64,000 nucleotides of DNA from Takakia lepidozioides (lineage: Eukaryota; Plantae; Bryophyta), in assembly GCA_030704615.1 (NCBI GenBank), contig CM060731.1, forward strand, positions 24,738,001 to 24,802,000, written 5' to 3'. The position numbers and the translations under genes were made by a program. Shown piece after piece: positions 61,101 to 64,000 of this stretch. Below the pieces are notes generated by a model. That model ran no database searches. It was not told where the DNA came from and saw only the letters and a program-made list of their open reading frames with translations. The first letter of the stretch is position 1. Each line of letters opens with the position of its first letter.

Positions 61101-62092
61101 TCTCTTGCTTTTCTGTGACAGGTTAAATATGGTCAAAAGTCATACTGCCGGTGTCAGCCCCTCAAAGGTAGTTTTCGTCCCGTTGTGTTCCGCTCAAACT
61201 GGGCGCAGGGTCAATGACCACAAGGCTACGACAAACAACATCTTATGAGTACATTCTTTTGTAACTGTGGGCCATGAAAAGTGTGCAGGATGAAATATGG
61301 AGAGAAAGCAGGGGAGTTTTTGGACCGCACAAATGAGCGAGCCGGTCAGTATGCAGCAGTGTGCAGAGCAGCAGCGCAGAAAATGGGTGTGGGTGTGGTT
61401 GATTTGTGGACTGCCATTCAACGGTGCCCAAATTGGGAAACCCAATGCCTGAGGTCTGTGCTTGTGTGGATATGGAAGTATCATGTGTTGTGGTTCTAGG
61501 GGAGGTGACCTTGTCACCTTATGGGCACTCTCAAGTGAGAGTAATCTAAACCACTTCTTGTTGGCTGCTTAATCATACGAAAGGACAGATACAAATGGTG
61601 ATACTGCTGGAAGCCGTAGTGTATGAGGCTCTGTCAAGCTTCCTAATTGGGGAAAGCTCAATGCTGTCAACAAAAGTTGGATCTGTGAAGACGAGCCGGC
61701 TAGAGAAACAGGGAAGATAGGAGGAGTGTTTTGTAAGGCCCATGAAACCTCAAAGAGCTTAAGGAGAGAAAGGGGAGGGAAGAATGTGCTAAATGACATT
61801 TGCACTAGCCTGCATAGGCATGCCAGGTACGAACTGCTTGATGTGACCACAGATGCAGATGGTAGTGACAGGGTATTGGGGTTGGTTGGTGTGCAGTGAC
61901 GGTATGCACCTGAGTGCACAAGGAAGTAAAGTTATGCTTGACGAGTTATTGCGAGTGCTGAAGACGGCACCATGGCAACCCTGTCTGCACTGGGAATCTC
62001 TGCCTGATGACTTTCCAGAGAATCATCAGTATGACTACGTTCATCCCTTCTGTGAGGAGGTGGCTGCCGCCAGGATTCCCTACTCATCTTAA
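58158..62092 (+). CDS. SGNH/GDSL esterase, CPRD49/IAH1-like
   Basis: Exons 58158-58268 (RPQIVLFGASMTQ, block I), 58887-58964 (RGYSGWNT, block II), 59735-59875 (FFGAND, block III; GC donor), 59963-60039, 61289-61453 and 61897-62092 (DGMH, block V). Confidence 0.93.
59250..59690 (+). mobile_element. Degenerate LINE ORF2 C-terminus and 3' tail in esterase intron 2
   Basis: RFRVGCHKLRIEAGR followed by a frameshifted C..C...VE...HFLF-like motif, ending in a (TTTC)n tail at ~59672-59686. Confidence 0.6.
60590..61254 (+). mobile_element. Two further 3' fragments of the 30177-32402 LINE family in esterase intron 4
   Basis: 60590-60968 aligns to the ORF2 C-terminus (ctcgaggctgagcc.aaagccc; cacacacagcagattgatgcttgtg.aaggg.tttctagagga.at.tggaaaacc; ggccacaaggctacgg). 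61127-61254 ends ...ccacaaggctacgacaaacaacatcttatgagtaca. Confidence 0.8.
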
Positions 62093-62795
62093 GCCCTCTT
62101 CTCCATCTTGGTGTGGTTTTGGCAGGTCTATTGCATTGTTGAAGAGGTGTGCAGTAGAATTAGGAATGCTGGATGCATGTCGGTGGCCAGATAGACAACA
62201 ATGGTTTTACCATATTCTTATATTGGATTATGTGGAAGGGAGTATGAACTGTCAGCACAATTCATGGAGGAAGATAATAGGAATAATGTAAGAACTTAAT
62301 GGACGCTTGTGATCTGACAGTACTTTCGCCGGATTTCTGTCAACTCCTCCCCACCCCACATTACCTCGGTTTCACTATTAAATACTTATGAATCCGAATG
62401 GGTTGCAAGCTGCGGTGGATAGCCTGATGGTAAGGTGATAGCAATGTAGGCGGTGAGGTTGTGGGTTGTGGATTCATCGGGGAGATATGTGTTGAACTCT
62501 CCGGAAGCCTATGGAATATCCTACATGCTCTGTCTGCATTAGTGAGGATTTGGAGATGAGCGGTAGATCTAGCATTCAGAAGCCAGGTTGCTAGGCCTTG
62601 TGTTGAATCTCACAGTTTACATTCTGAAGATATGTTCTTAAAGATTCTCACGGGTGGTAGCAGACCTAACCGCATTTAGCACCGTGATGGACGACATTGG
62701 TTTATGAGAGACTATAGACCTTGAGACTGCAGACTGTAGGATGATGTTCACATTTCTAACACTATCCTCAACTACAAAATGTGGGGTCACTATTA

Positions 62796-63977
62796 CTACC
62801 TGTGTAGAGACAGCCAATCCTTCTGAGGTGTTTTGTTATGAGGATTTAAGGTCTGGTCGTATACCCCAATGACCTTAAGAGAAATTCTGGAAGTTGAATT
62901 ATAGTTTTGGGCTGCTTGTTGGACCCCACTACTTTTCTTCGTATCTTGCTTTCCTTTGTCCAAGCTCACTGAGCTTCTTCTGGACGGTATGGTGTTTCTT
63001 TCTCTCAATGCTTCCATCTTCTTGACTTGGAAATGTGTGATAGCCGGCCATGGTGCAAGGTTACACCAGATGGGTCATTCATAATAATATAAAAGGAAAA
63101 AGCGTTGCATTCTGAGACCAACTTTGCCTACCTAATGCATGCTAGCTGGAAGAAATCCAGAGGGTACACTGAATACTTGAGATTGGGTGCTCCTGGGGAT
63201 TGGAGGTAGAGAAAGGAAGAGCGAATTTAGCCTATCCCCTTATTCAGTGTTCCATCATGAGTTCAGAAGGCTAGCAAATTGCTTTCTAACAGACTGCAAA
63301 ATTGCTTCACTGCCAAACTGTAACTCAAAAAGGACAATTGAAGTTTGTCTACACACTGGAGGTATGCACCCATGAACTACGACAAATTAGATACTATCCT
63401 GTCTCTGTGAACACCATCTTGAGAGAACGGGCCTTCAATCAGTTCTCGCAGGTCTGGACATGCCATGTTCTTCTGCCTGTTCAGTGAATCCGACACTAAA
63501 ACATATGCAATCTCGTGCACCAGACCTGTGACTGAAGTAGCTTAATTATCTCTAACTGTATCTACAGTCTACATCTAAGATACAGGTACTGGCATGCTCA
63601 TTTGATTAGTCTTTCTAGCAGACTTTTCCCACTATTACTTTGAGTGGTGTGAGGGGTATCAGGGATGCTAGATTCCTCCGTAGCTGTAGAGCTGCAGCTG
63701 GCTGCATTTCCCTCCACCGATTCTAGCGCCTCCTGAAGCTACACCCGAAAATACTGCATTGAGGAAAAGAATCATAATTCCCAGCATCGGCACCTGCTAA
63801 GACATCAATTGCTAAGTGCAAGAAGATTTTCAGTATAATGGAAATGAGAGAAACACGAGAAGCAGAAGCCTTACCAGGGACCAACTCTCACAAGGGTGGT
63901 CAGGCATGCCGGCCGGGTTGGTAGCTGCAATATGGGCAGTGCTGTCTTCAGTTACCCCTACTGTTTCTTCTTCTTGC
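62796..63977 (-). CDS. 3' exons of an unidentified low-complexity protein gene extending beyond the window
   Basis: AG/GT-bounded in-frame exons ~63977-63876 (QEEETVGV...ESWSL|gtaagg) and ~63738-63639 (LQEALESVEG...), plus open frame 62796-63017. No recognisable domain. Confidence 0.35.
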
Positions 63978-64000
63978 TGCAACCAGAGTTCAAATTAAAA

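Overview
Eukaryotic, intron-rich nuclear DNA from a land plant, most likely a non-seed plant with flagellated sperm (bryophyte, lycophyte or fern). This is inferred from a CEP44 centriole gene, a MIKC*-type MADS gene and a Tcn1-like chromovirus. Left to right: (1) a multi-exon copper amine oxidase on the minus strand, with its 3' end unresolved at the window edge; (2) a TE nest at about 10.9-19.7 kb containing tRNA-derived SINEs, a hAT remnant, CACTA-like termini and a decayed Ty3/gypsy chromovirus; (3) a CEP44 homologue on the minus strand (26097-39736) that the ORF track misses, with duplicated exons and LINE-filled introns; (4) head-to-head with it, a MIKC* MADS-box gene; (5) a YhdE/ASMTL-type Maf pyrophosphatase; (6) an intronless PRMT5, divergent from (7) a CPRD49/IAH1-like SGNH esterase; (8) 3' exons of an unidentified minus-strand gene. 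The most notable patterns are a poly(A)-less LINE family whose copies (35 bp to 2.2 kb, several with TSDs) all lie in introns in the host's sense orientation, the CEP44/MIKC* divergent pair, the putative PRMT5 retrogene, and a 48-bp tandem repeat that amplifies a MADS splice donor. Exon models were read by eye from GT/GC-AG signals and remembered family sequences; no searches were run.
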